Shown in pieces: positions 36,976 through 48,000 of a stretch of DNA of 64,000 nucleotides (its first letter is position 1; every line of letters starts with the position of its first letter). The translations under genes and the position numbers were made by a program. The notes under the pieces were generated by a model that saw only the letters and a list, made by a program, of their open reading frames with translations, had not been told where the DNA came from and did not search any database. Origin of the DNA: Eledone cirrhosa (Eukaryota); assembly GCA_964016885.1 (NCBI GenBank), contig OZ024759.1, forward strand, positions 3,348,001 to 3,412,000, given 5' to 3'.

Positions 36976-37700
36976 CATCAGCTCGGTTTAAATGAGATTA
37001 TACGAAAAGGGAAACATCATTATCATCATTGTCGTTTAACGTCTATCTTCCACGCGAGCATGGGTTTACAATTATAAACAATTATACAAGTACACATACA
37101 CAGAAGAAGTTCTTTTCAAAGGGGAAGCAACTCACACTGTAATTTACGAAGCCTTAGTCACTTCTAACCGACCAAATCAATAACAAGAGGTTAAATCCTA
37201 TGTAGGTATGGCGGAGGGCCAGTTTAAAGAATGCTTCCTGAATCAACTGTCGACATTCAGACACCTGGACAAACGATCGTCCACGAAGCTCACAAGTCAC
37301 ATGTGGTCTCTCAAGACGCAGGCGTGGATTACTCCATTCAATGGAAAGTTATTACTGAGTCTATACGGAAATGGGATTCGTCTTGTGGGCTGTGCATTGA
37401 AGAAAGAATCAATATCCTGAGTAGTTACGTAATAGTGCTTGTCTAAATTCAAGAATTTAAAAGCTCCAAACTGACTACTGGATGTAACTTCTAGACCGAA
37501 TACCATAAATAACTTATTGTATTCTGAGCTTTCGCTGTTGCCTCTAATGTGAGTTGCCTTCCCTTTGAGAAGAACTTCTGCACATGTGTATTTGTATAAT
37601 TGTCTCCCTTTCCATATAATCTCATTTGAACTGAGCTAATGATCCAACTTAGGTGAAACAAATTGTTTTCGGAAATGGTGAATTAACTGTTGTCGAACTA
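36976..37700 (+). mobile_element. Second, short Penelope-like element: GIY-YIG remnant between inverted pLTR segments
   Basis: 37139 onward reads VIYEALVT...SYVGMAEGQFKE...LTSHMWSL...YSIQWKVI...CGLCIEERINIL. 36976-37136 is the reverse complement of about 37548-37641, apart from a small SINE-tail insertion. Confidence 0.82.
37631..37672 (+). ncRNA. Minimal type-I hammerhead ribozyme motif (degenerate) in the second Penelope pLTR
   Basis: ctgag CTAATGA tCC aactta GGt GAAA caaattg TT ttcgg. The inverted copy at 36976-36986 retains the canonical ccgagCTGATG. Confidence 0.65.
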
Positions 37701-37717
37701 CTTATATATATAAATAT

Positions 37718-38045
37718 GGAGGCACATGGCTTAGTGGTTAGAGCATTGGCCTTGCAATCGAAAGGTTGTGAGTTCAATTCTCAGACTGGGTGATGTGTTG
37801 TTTCCTTGAGCAAGACAATTTATTTCACATTGCTCCAGTTTACTCAGCTGTAGAAATGAGATGATAGGGACTGGGGTCCATATCATTCCACTGCAAAGTG
37901 GTCGTGGAGGTGCCACGGCAAAAAAGCACCCAGCACTCACTGTAAATGGGGTTGGTGTTAGGAAGGGCATCCAGCTGTAGAAATCAAGCCAGAATCAGTT
38001 CCCATCCCACCCTTGCAAACAGGGAAAAAGCGGACATAAAATGGA
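37718..38045 (+). mobile_element. Full-length tRNA-derived SINE with RTE-derived tail
   Basis: A box tggcttagtgg (37727-37737), B box gagttcaattc (37770-37780), central tgtttccttgagcaagaca (Meta-domain-like), tail ggttggtgttaggaagggcatccagctgtagaaa...gcggac shared with the RTE 3' UTR. Confidence 0.92.
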
Positions 38046-38409
38046 AATATATATATATGTATAGATAAATAAATATTTGCTCTAGGGTTCTTATATATTT
38101 GATATATATTTATCCTTATCGAGCCCTCTTTGGATTTTAGTCTTCACATTTATTATTATTACTATATATATACAGTATATATATGATAGACAGAGAGAGA
38201 GATTATAATATAGAGATTTTATAGTTGTAGACAAACTACATATAGACTCACAGACACACATAGACACTCACATACGCATGCATGTGTACAAAGAAATATA
38301 TATTTCTTTGTAATCTTGCTCATGGAAGTCAGTGACAGGCATGTACATCATTGGATGTACATGCCTGTCACTTTATGAGACCCATAAACTCTACGACAAA
38401 TATTACATA

Positions 38410-38740
38410 TGTGTTGTGCTGGTGTGTTACGTAGAGCTATGGTGCAGCTACACTTAGAATTTGCATCACCAGTCTGACACTCCTGTCTTGCTCAGAATAT
38501 TGACCTCCTGGAGACTGTTCAAAAACATGCAACCAAGCGAATACCCTCCATCAGTCATCTACAATACTCTGAACCCCTGGCATGGATACATTGAAGCTCC
38601 GACATCTGGCAACTGACTTGGTAAACATCCACAAAATTATTAACCATCTTACCAACAACAACCCCGAGCACCTTTTTGAATTCCATGTGTCTAACACACG
38701 TGGACATGCTAACAAAGTCAGAAAACAGCACAGTTGCTAG
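38410..38740 (+). mobile_element. CR1/L2-group LINE 3' ORF fragment
   Basis: DLLETVQKHATKRI...LKLRHLATDLVNIHKII...NTRGHANKV resembles the LExVQRRATK...RR...D...TRGH tail of CR1/L2-group LINEs. Confidence 0.7.
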
Positions 38741-39604
38741 GTCATGTGTAGCTAGGTCAGGTCAGGTTTCTGCTTGCTACTGGTACCTTATAACTCAGTA
38801 CAACCTGCTTCATGGTAGAGTAGGCGGTGACTAAAACAGTTCCCCTACCAAACCAGGGTCTAGTGGGGGAGCTGGTTTAGGGGAACCCCAGCAGCACAAA
38901 ATGATGAGCTGTTAAAGTTCTATCTCATAAGAGACTTTTAATGATAGAGGCCCCAGTCAAGTTGTTACAGCTCACATGTGTTAGTTTAGCTGATCCCCTA
39001 CATGGTTCTATCTCAGAGGCGATTTCTCAGCTGTTTTAATGAAAAACAATATGAAAAAATGTGCCCTGGTTAAGATACATAAAATTTCATGAGAATAAAT
39101 TCTTACATTTATCGTCATTATATGTTCATTTTTTTAAATGTTTGCAGGGATTGAATGGATCTTATCTAGCAGAGTTTCCCTCCACAGTTCCTTAGTGATC
39201 TCTGTGAGGTTCACTCCATCTCATCTGCCCAAGTCTTCCTCTACTTCTTTCCATCGAGATCTCTTGGCACTTCTTCACCCAACAATCATCATCCATATGC
39301 CTCACATGTCCATACCAGCAGAGAACACTACATCTGAATCCTCATATCTAATTATTATTTCAGCTCATCTGAGCTTTGACTTCCATGCACATTAACATCA
39401 CACATCCATTAGAACATGTTTGACTCATTTCTCTTCAGACATTGCATATCTTCTCTATTTACTGCCCATGTCTCATTACATGCAGCACCATACTTTGTAT
39501 TTAGCCAGAATACAGCCTACCGACCATACAACATTATACAGCCATCATTCACTGACAATTCTCCATGGTTATAAAGGCCCCCATCAGTCTCTAATGATCA
39601 TGGT

Positions 39605-39872
39605 TTTGTACCTAGAAAGTTTCCCTCCAAGGAATAAGCCTGGGCAAGGTTTGTTTGTGGAAGACCAGCAGTCGCCCATGCATACCAGCCTCCCTTCTCC
39701 ATGCCACCGATGATGTCCAAGGCAAAGGCAATGGTTGAGACAGCTTGGCACCAGTGACGTCGCAACTCATTTACAGCTGAGTAAACTGGAGCAATGTGAA
39801 ATAAACTCAGTCTGAGAATTGAACTCACAATCTCTCAATTGCAAGCCCAACACTCTAAGCACTAAGCCGTGG
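39605..39872 (-). mobile_element. SINE sharing the tRNA head and core of the 37718 SINE but with a different tail
   Basis: Reverse complement has ggcttagtgcttagag...gagttcaattctcaga...ttatttcacattgctccagtttactcagctgtaaatgag, then an unrelated ttgcgacgtcactggtgccaagctg... tail. Confidence 0.8.
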
Positions 39873-39991
39873 TTATACAACATCAGATTTCATATGTAGG
39901 TAACATACAACCTCTCTTTCCTATGTAGAGAGAAACCATTCATTGTCAAGAGAGAAGCTCCCAGAACATATATACATTAAGCTATACTTAC

Positions 39992-40217
39992 ATGTGTAAG
40001 TACATTGACATTGCTCCAAATCTCCTTGCCGATATTATGTCTCATCATTATCTCTATAGCAGTTCCATTAGGAATCAATATGGTGTAATCACATTTCTGG
40101 AAGCCACACTGTGCATAATCTTTGGGCAGATAAGCCTGGCTATTGTGGCTGTTTGAAGTTTTATCATCAGTCAGTTCATGTTGTAGTCCAGTTACACGTA
40201 AAGCAGAAAATGGTTGC
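39992..40217 (-). CDS. Fasciclin gene, internal exon (226 bp, phase 2 to 0)
   Basis: ttattatttgttag|G CAA CCA ... ACA CAT|gtaagt. Encodes QPFSALRVTGLQHEL...CDYTILIPNGTAI (FAS1 H1 motif T-x-x-x-P-x-x-x-A)...IWSNVNVLTH. Confidence 0.9.
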
Positions 40218-40239
40218 CTAACAAATAATAATAATGGTT

Positions 40240-40408
40240 TCTGATTTAAGCACAAGGCCAACAATTTGGGGGAATGGGAAAGTTCATTAAATTTACACCA
40301 TAAGGATGAAAGGCAAAGCTAATCTCGGTGGGATTTGAGCTCAGAACGTAACTATGCCGCTAAGCATGTTATCCGACACTCTACCGATTCTGCCAATCCA
40401 CTGCCCTG
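40240..40408 (-). mobile_element. Deu/Nin-like SINE copy abutting the exon acceptor
   Basis: Reverse complement reads ggcagtggattggcagaatcggtagagtgtcgga...gagctcaaatccc...gctttgcctttcatcctta...ggccttgtgc. Confidence 0.7.
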
Positions 40409-41064
40409 TGGTAGTAGTAATAGTAATAATAATACCTGTCCTGCACAAACAACAATATAACTCTCAAAGAAACTGAGAAATTAATCAAATATAAAGATTT
40501 GGAGACAGAAATAAGCTGAATATGGATGTTGAAAACAGAAACAATTCCCCTAGTAATAGGGAATGATTTAAAAAACAATACAGATACATAAGTAAAGTCC
40601 CATGACAAATATATATAACATGCTGAAAATAACACTACTAGATACTATAAACATATTACAATTTGTGAGGATATAAAAATGATATATTTTCCTTATTTCA
40701 CACGAGAATACTCTTTGTTCTAAAGCTAGTCTTGTTAACCACTCATGGCTACATGAACTAAGGTAAGTTAATAACAGCTCATTCAAGGACCATATGTTGG
40801 CTCATGTAGCATACATTTATCTTGATTCTCAATTGCATTTAACTGAGAAGCGACATCTATGTCGTGGTAAACCTGTTGATGGTCTGAAGAGACACGTGAC
40901 TGAAGACAATATTGTCTTTATTATGCATTGCTTTTAAAGCTAAAAATCATCAGATGTCAAAAATATTAGAGACAAAAAATGATGTCAACAACTACAACAA
41001 TAAGAAAATGAGGGAGATATGACAAAACAAGTAAAAGAAAACATTAGATTGATTAATATTTCAG

Positions 41065-41400
41065 AGTTGTACTTGTCTAGCAGATGTCTTGATCTGAGAC
41101 TGTGTTGTAAATGTCTGGCAGATGACTTGATCTGAGACTGTTGTACATGTCTGGCAGTTGACTTGATCTGAGACTGTGTTGTACATGTCTGGCAGATGAC
41201 TTGATTCTGAGACTGTGTTGTACATGTATACCAGATGATTGATCTGAGACTATGTTGTACATGTCTGACATATGACTTGATCTGAGACTGTGTTGTACAT
41301 GTCTGACAAGTGACTTGATCTGAGTGTGTTGTACATGTCTGGCAGGTGAGTTGATCCGAGACTGTGTTGGTGTGTATATGTCTGGCAGGTGACCATGTCA
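41065..41400. repeat. ~38-bp intronic minisatellite (~9 copies)
   Basis: gatctgagactgtgttgtacatgtctggcagatgactt repeated. Confidence 0.92.
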
Positions 41401-41557
41401 TTGATAGAGCCTCACTATCAGTGACTGTGTCAGTGACACGGTCATAAAATATGCAATGAAAATTTTGACACTAAGAAATGTAAAAATAAATGTAAAAATA
41501 AATGACTAATTTTAACTAATTAGTCAAAAATAAATGAAAAAAAAAAAAAAATTTTAC

Positions 41558-41708
41558 ATTTGAAGCCAAGGGTGATTATAGATGAGACTGGGTATATCCA
41601 AATCAGGAATGCCAAATACTTTATCAATCTTTTGAATGAGGCCGTTAGTACAACCAATGTCTGCAGTAATTAGTTTAGCTTGGACACCGGCACCATCAAC
41701 ATAACGAT
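41558..41708 (-). CDS. Fasciclin gene, internal exon (151 bp, phase 1 to 2), end of the preceding FAS1 domain
   Basis: tttctgtctccacag|AT CGT TAT ... CTT CAA AT|gtaaaa. Encodes [34 protein letters not shown] (FAS1 H2 motif). AT plus the next exon's G gives an in-frame ATG. Confidence 0.92.
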
Positions 41709-41757
41709 CTGTGGAGACAGAAATTATAAAACAACAATGTCTTAGCAATGATTTAAC

Positions 41758-42026
41758 ACGTGTGTATGTGTACGAATGTGTGAGTGTGTGTGCATATGAG
41801 TGTCTATATGTATATGTGCGCATGTGTACATGTGTTTATGTGTGTCAACAAGAATATGTATCTGTGTGCATATGTATATTTGTGTGTGTGTGTGTGTGCG
41901 TATGTGTCTATGTGTGTTGTGTGTCTATGTGTGTGTGTCTATGTGTCTACGTTTATGTGTCTCCATGTATATGTGTATGTGTGAGTATGTATGTGTGTCT
42001 AAGTATATATGTGTCTGTGAGTGAGC
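41758..42026. repeat. Degenerate (TG)n microsatellite
   Basis: TG-rich tract directly preceding the minisatellite. Confidence 0.85.
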
Positions 42027-45000
42027 GTGTCTACAGAGCCTGTGTGGCTACAATGTCTGTGTGTCTACAGAGCCTGTGTGGCTACAATGTCTGTGTGTCT
42101 ACAGTGTCTGTGTGGCTACAGTGTCTGTGTCTACAGTGACTGTGTGTCTACAATGTCTGTGTGTCTACAATGTCTGTGTGTCTACAATGTCTGTGTGTCT
42201 ACAGTGCCTGTGTCTACAGTGTCTGTGTGTCTACAGTGTCTGTGTCTACAGTGTCTGTGTGTCTACAGTGTCTGTGTGTCTACAATGTCTGTGTGTCTAC
42301 AATGTCTGTGTGTCTACAATGTCTGTGTGTCTACAGTGTCTGTGTGTCTACAGTGTCTGTGTATCTACAGTGTCTGTGTGTCTACAGTGACTGTGTGTCT
42401 ACAATGTCTGTGTGTCTACAATGTCTGTGTCTACAGTGTCTGTGTATCTACAGTGTCTGTGTGTCTACAATGCCTGTGTCTCTACATTGTCTGTGTCTAC
42501 AGTGACTGTGTGTCTACAGTGTCTGTGTGTCTACAATATGTGTCTACAGTGTCTGTGTCTACAGTGTCTGTGTGTCTACACTGTCTGTCTGTCTACAGTG
42601 TTTGTGTATCTACAGTGTCTGTGTGTCTACAATGTATGTGTGTCTACAGTGTCTGTGTGTCTACGTCTGTGTGTCTACAGTGTCTGTGTGTCTACAGTGT
42701 ATGTGTCTCTACATTGTCTGTGTGTCTACAGTGTCTGTGTCTACAGTGTCTGTGTGTCTACAGTGTCTGTGTGTCTACAGTGTCTGTGTGTCTACAGTGT
42801 CTGTGTGTCTACAGTGTCTGTGTCTACAGTGTCTGTCTGTCTACAGTGTCTGTGTCTACAGTGTCTGTGTGTCTACAATGTCTGTGTGTCTACAATGTCT
42901 GTGTGTCTACAGTGTCTGTGTCTACAGTGTCTGTGTGTCTACAGTGTCTGTGTGTCTACAGTGTCTGTGTCTACAGTGTCTGTGTGTCCACAGTGTCTGT
43001 GTCTACAGTGTCTGTGTGTCTACAGTGTCTGTGTCTACAGTGTCTGTGTGTCTACAGTGTCTGTGTCTACAGTGTCTGTGTGTCTACAGTGTCTGTGTGT
43101 CTACAATGTCTGTGTGTCTACAATGTCTGTGTGTCTACAGTGTCTGTGTATCTACAGTGTCTGTGTGTCTACAGTGACTGTGTGTCTACAATGTCTGTGT
43201 GTCTACAATGTCTGTGTCTACAGTGTCTGTGTATCTACAGTGTCTGTGTGTCTACAATGCCTGTGTCTCTACATTGTCTGTGTCTACAGTGTCTGTGTGT
43301 CTACAATGTCTGTGTGTCTACAATGTCTGTGTCTCTACAGTGTCTGTGTGTCTACAATGTCTGTGTGTTTACAATGTCTGTGTCTACAGTGTCTGTGTGT
43401 CTACAGTGTCTGTGTGTCTACAATATCTGTGTGTCTACAATATCTGTGTGTCTACAGTGTCTGTATCTACAGTGTCTGTGTCTCTACAGTGTCTGTGTCT
43501 ACAATGTCTGTGTGTCTAAGGTGTCTGTGTGTCTACAGTGTCTGTGTGTCTACAATGTCTGTGTGTCTACAGTGACTGTGTGTCTACAGTGTCTGTGTGT
43601 CTAAAATGTCTGTGTCTACAGTTTCTGTGTGTCTACAGTGTCTGTGTGTCTACAATGTCTGTGTCTACAGTGTCTGTGTCTACAGTGTCTGTGTGTCTAA
43701 AATGTCTGTGTCTACAGTGACTGTGTGTCTACAGTGTCTACAATGTTTGTGTGTCTACAGTGTCTCTGTGTCTACAATGCCTGTGTCTACAGTGCCTGTG
43801 TCTACAATGACTGTGTGTCTACAGTGTCTGTGTGTCTACAGTGTCTGTGTCTACAGTGTCTGTGTGTCTACAGTGTCTGTGTGTCTACAGTGTCTGTGTG
43901 TCTACAGTGTCTCTGTGTCTACAATGCCTGTGTCTACAGTGCCTGTGTCTACAATGTCTGTGTGTCTACAGTGTCTGTGTCTACAGTGTCTGTATGTCTA
44001 CAGTGTCTGTGTGTCTACAATGTCTGTGTGTCTACAATGTCTGTGTGTCTACAATGTCTGTGTGTCTACAATGTCTGTGTGTCTACAATGTCTGTGTGTC
44101 TACAGTGTCTGTGTGTCTACAGTGTCTGTGTGTCTACAGTGTCTGTGTGTCTACAGTGACTGTATATACAGTGTCTGTGTGTCTACAGTGTCTGTGTGTC
44201 TACAGTGTCTGTGTGTCTACAATGTCTGTGTCTACAGTGTCTGTGTGTCTAAAATGTCTGTGTCTACAGTTACTGTGTGTCTACAGTGTCTGTGTGTCTA
44301 CAATGTCTGTGTGTCTACAGTGTCTGTGTGTCTACAGTGTCTGTGTGTCTACAATGTCTGTGTGTCTACAATGTCTGTGTGTCTACAGTGTCTGTGTGTC
44401 TACAGTGTCTGTGTGTCTACAGTGTCTGTGTCTACAGTGTCTGTGTGTCTACAGTGTCTGTGTGTCTACAATGTCTGTGTGTCTACAGTGTCTGTGTGTC
44501 TACAGTGTCTGTGTGTCTACAGTGTATGTGTCTACAGTGACTGTGTGTCTACAGTGTCTGTGTGTCTACAATGTTTGTGTGTCTACAGTGTCTCTGTGTC
44601 TACAATGCCTGTGTCTACAGTGCCTGTGTCAACAGTGCCTGTGTCTACAATGTCTGTGTGTCTACAGTGTCTGTGTGTCTACAGTGTCTGTGTGTCTACA
44701 GTGTCTGTGTCTACAGTGTCTGTGTGTCTACAATGTCTTTGTGTCTACAATGTCTGTGTGTCTACAGTGTCTGTGTCTACAGTGTCTGTGTGTCTACAGT
44801 GTCTGTGTCTACAGTGTCTGTGTGTCTACAGTGTCTGTGTGTCTACAGTGTCTGTGTCTACAGTGTCTGTGTGTCTACAGTGTCTGTGTCTACAGTGTCT
44901 GTGTGTCTACAGTGTCTGTGTGTCTACAATGTCTGTGTGTCTACAATGTCTGTGTGTCTACAGTGTCTGTGTGTCTACAGTGTCTGTGTGTCTACAGTGT

Positions 45001-48000
45001 CTGTGTGTCTACAGTGACTGTGTATCTACAGTGTCTGTGTGTCTACAATGCCTGTGTCTCTACATTGTCTGTGTCTACAGTGTCTGTGTGTCTACAATGT
45101 CTGTGTGTCTACAGTGTCTGTGTGTCTACAGTGTCTGTGTGTCTACAATGTCTGTGTCTCTACATTGTCTGTGTCTCTACAGTGTCTCTGTCTACAGTGT
45201 CTGTGTGTCTACAATGTCTGTGTGTCTACAATGTCTGTGTGTCTACAATGTCTGTGTGTCTACAATGTCTGTGTGTCTACAATGTCTGTGTGTCTACAGT
45301 GTCTCTGTGTCTACAGTGTCTGTGTGTCTACAGTGTCTGTGTTTCTACAGTGTCTGTGTGTCTACAGTGTCTGTGTGTGTACAGTGTCTGTGTCTACTGT
45401 GTCTACAGTGTCTGTGTCTACAGTGTCTGAGTCTACAATGTCTGTGTGTCTACAGTGTCTGTGTGTGTACAGTGTCTGTGTCTACAGTGTCTGAGTCTAC
45501 AATGTCTGTGTGTCTACAATGCCTGTGTCTACAGTGTCCGTGTGTCTGTGTCTACAGTGTCTGTGTCTACAATACCTGTGTCTACAGTGTCTGTGTGTCT
45601 ACAGTCTCTGAGTCTACAATGTCTGTGTGTCTACAATGCCTGTGTCTACAGTGTCCGTGTGTCTGTGTCTACAGTGTCTGTGAATACAATGCCTGTGTCT
45701 ACAGTGTCTGTGTGTCTGTGTCTACAGTGTCTGAGTCTACAATGTCTGTGTGTCTACAGTGTCTGTGTCTACAATGTCTGTGTCTACAGTGTCCGTGTGT
45801 CTGTCTACAGTGTCTGTGTGTCTACAGTGTCTGTGTCTACAGTGACTGTGTGTCTACAGTGTCTGTGTGTCTACAATATGTGTCTACAGTGTCTGTGTCT
45901 ACAGTGTCTGTGTGTCTACACTGTCTGTCTGTCTACAGTGTTTGTGTATCTACAGTGTCTGTGTGTCTACAATGTATGTGTGTCTACAGTGTCTGTGTGT
46001 CTACGTCTGTGTGTCTACAGTGTCTGTGTGTCTACAGTGTATGTGTCTCTACATTGTCTGTGTGTCTACAGTGTCTGTGTCTACAGTGTCTGTGTGTCTA
46101 CAGTGTCTGTGTGTCTACAGTGTCTGTGTGTCTACAGTGTCTGTGTGTCTACAGTGTCTGTGTCTACAGTGTCTGTCTGTCTACAGTGTCTGTGTCTACA
46201 GTGTCTGTGTGTCTACAATGTCTGTGTGTCTACAATGTCTGTGTGTCTACAGTGTCTGTGTCTACAGTGTCTGTGTGTCTACAGTGTCTGTGTGTCTACA
46301 GTGTCTGTGTCCACAGTGTCTGTGTCTACAGTGTCTGTGTGTCTACAGTGTCTGTGTCTACAGTGTCTGTGTGTCTACAGTGTCTGTGTCTACAGTGTCT
46401 GTGTGTCTACAGTGTCTGTGTGTCTACAATGTCTGTGTGTCTACAATGTCTGTGTGTCTACAGTGTCTGTGTATCTACAGTGTCTGTGTGTCTACAGTGA
46501 CTGTGTGTCTACAATGTCTGTGTGTCTACAATGTCTGTGTGTCTACAATGTCTGTGTGTCTACAATGTCTGTGTGTCTACAATGTCTGTGTGTCTACAAT
46601 GTCTGTGTGTCTACAATGTCTGTGTGTCTACAGTGTCTGTGTGTCTACAGTGTCTGTGTGTCTACAGTGTCTGTGTTTCTACAGTGTCTGTGTGTCTACA
46701 GTGTCTGTGTGTGTACAGTGTCTGTGTCTACTGTGTCTACAGTGTCTGTGTCTACAGTGTCTGAGTCTACAATGTCTGTGTGTCTACAGTGTCTGTGTGT
46801 GTACAGTGTCTGTGTCTACAGTGTCTGAGTCTACAATGTCTGTGTGTCTACAATGCCTGTGTCTACAGTGTCCGTGTGTCTGTGTCTACAGTGTCTGTGT
46901 CTACAATACCTGTGTCTACAGTGTCTGTGTGTCTACAGTCTCTGAGTCTACAATGTCTGTGTGTCTACAATGCCTGTGTCTACAGTGTCCGTGTGTCTGT
47001 GTCTACAGTGTCTGTGAATACAATGCCTGTGTCTACAGTGTCTGTGTGTCTGTGTCTACAGTGTCTGTGTCTACAGTGTCTGAGTCTACAATGTCTGTGT
47101 GTCTACAGTGTCTGTGTCTACAATGTCTGTGTCTACAGTGTCCGTGTGTCTGTCTACAGTGTCTGTGTGTCTACAGTGTCTGTGTCTACAGTGACTGTGT
47201 GTCTACAGTGTCTGTGTGTCTACAATATGTGTCTACAGTGTCTGTGTCTACAGTGTCTGTGTGTCTACACTGTCTGTCTGTCTACAGTGTTTGTGTATCT
47301 ACAGTGTCTGTGTGTCTACAATGTATGTGTGTCTACAGTGTCTGTGTGTCTACGTCTGTGTGTCTACAGTGTCTGTGTGTCTACAGTGTATGTGTCTCTA
47401 CATTGTCTGTGTGTCTACAGTGTCTGTGTCTACAGTGTCTGTGTGTCTACAGTGTCTGTGTGTCTACAGTGTCTGTGTGTCTACAGTGTCTGTGTGTCTA
47501 CAGTGTCTGTGTCTACAGTGTCTGTCTGTCTACAGTGTCTGTGTCTACAGTGTCTGTGTGTCTACAATGTCTGTGTGTCTACAATGTCTGTGTGTCTACA
47601 GTGTCTGTGTCTACAGTGTCTGTGTGTCTACAGTGTCTGTGTCTACAGTGTCTGTGTGTCCACAGTGTCTGTGTCTACAGTGTCTGTGTGTCTACAGTGT
47701 CTGTGTCTACAGTGTCTGTGTGTCTACAGTGTCTGTGTCTACAGTGTCTGTGTGTCTACAGTGTCTGTGTGTCTACAATGTCTGTGTGTCTACAATGTCT
47801 GTGTGTCTACAATGTCTGTGTGTCTACAGTGTCTGTGTGTCTACAGTGTCTGTGTATCTACAGTGTCTGTGTGTCTACAGTGACTGTGTGTCTACAATGT
47901 CTGTGTGTCTACAATGTCTGTGTCTACAGTGTCTGTGTATCTACAGTGTCTGTGTGTCTACAATGCCTGTGTCTCTACATTGTCTGTGTCTACAGTGACT

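Larger units (their letters stand above)
32652..38170 (+). mobile_element. Penelope-like element (Naiad-type RT plus C-terminal GIY-YIG), 5'-truncated with inverted pLTR; 3' pLTR interrupted by nested insertions at about 36361-38067
   Basis: 32755-33475 is the reverse complement of about 35640-36360, and 32652-32760 is the reverse complement of 38068-38170. These flank a degenerate RT/endonuclease ORF. Confidence 0.88.

Noticed and set aside
37718-37790. tRNA gene
   Set aside because: A and B boxes are present, but there is no complete cloverleaf and the sequence continues into a multi-copy SINE body.
40878-40922. Hammerhead-like ctgaagagacacgtgactgaagacaatattgtc
   Set aside because: It has GAAG rather than GAAA, no A15.1-U16.1 pair and no convincing stem I.
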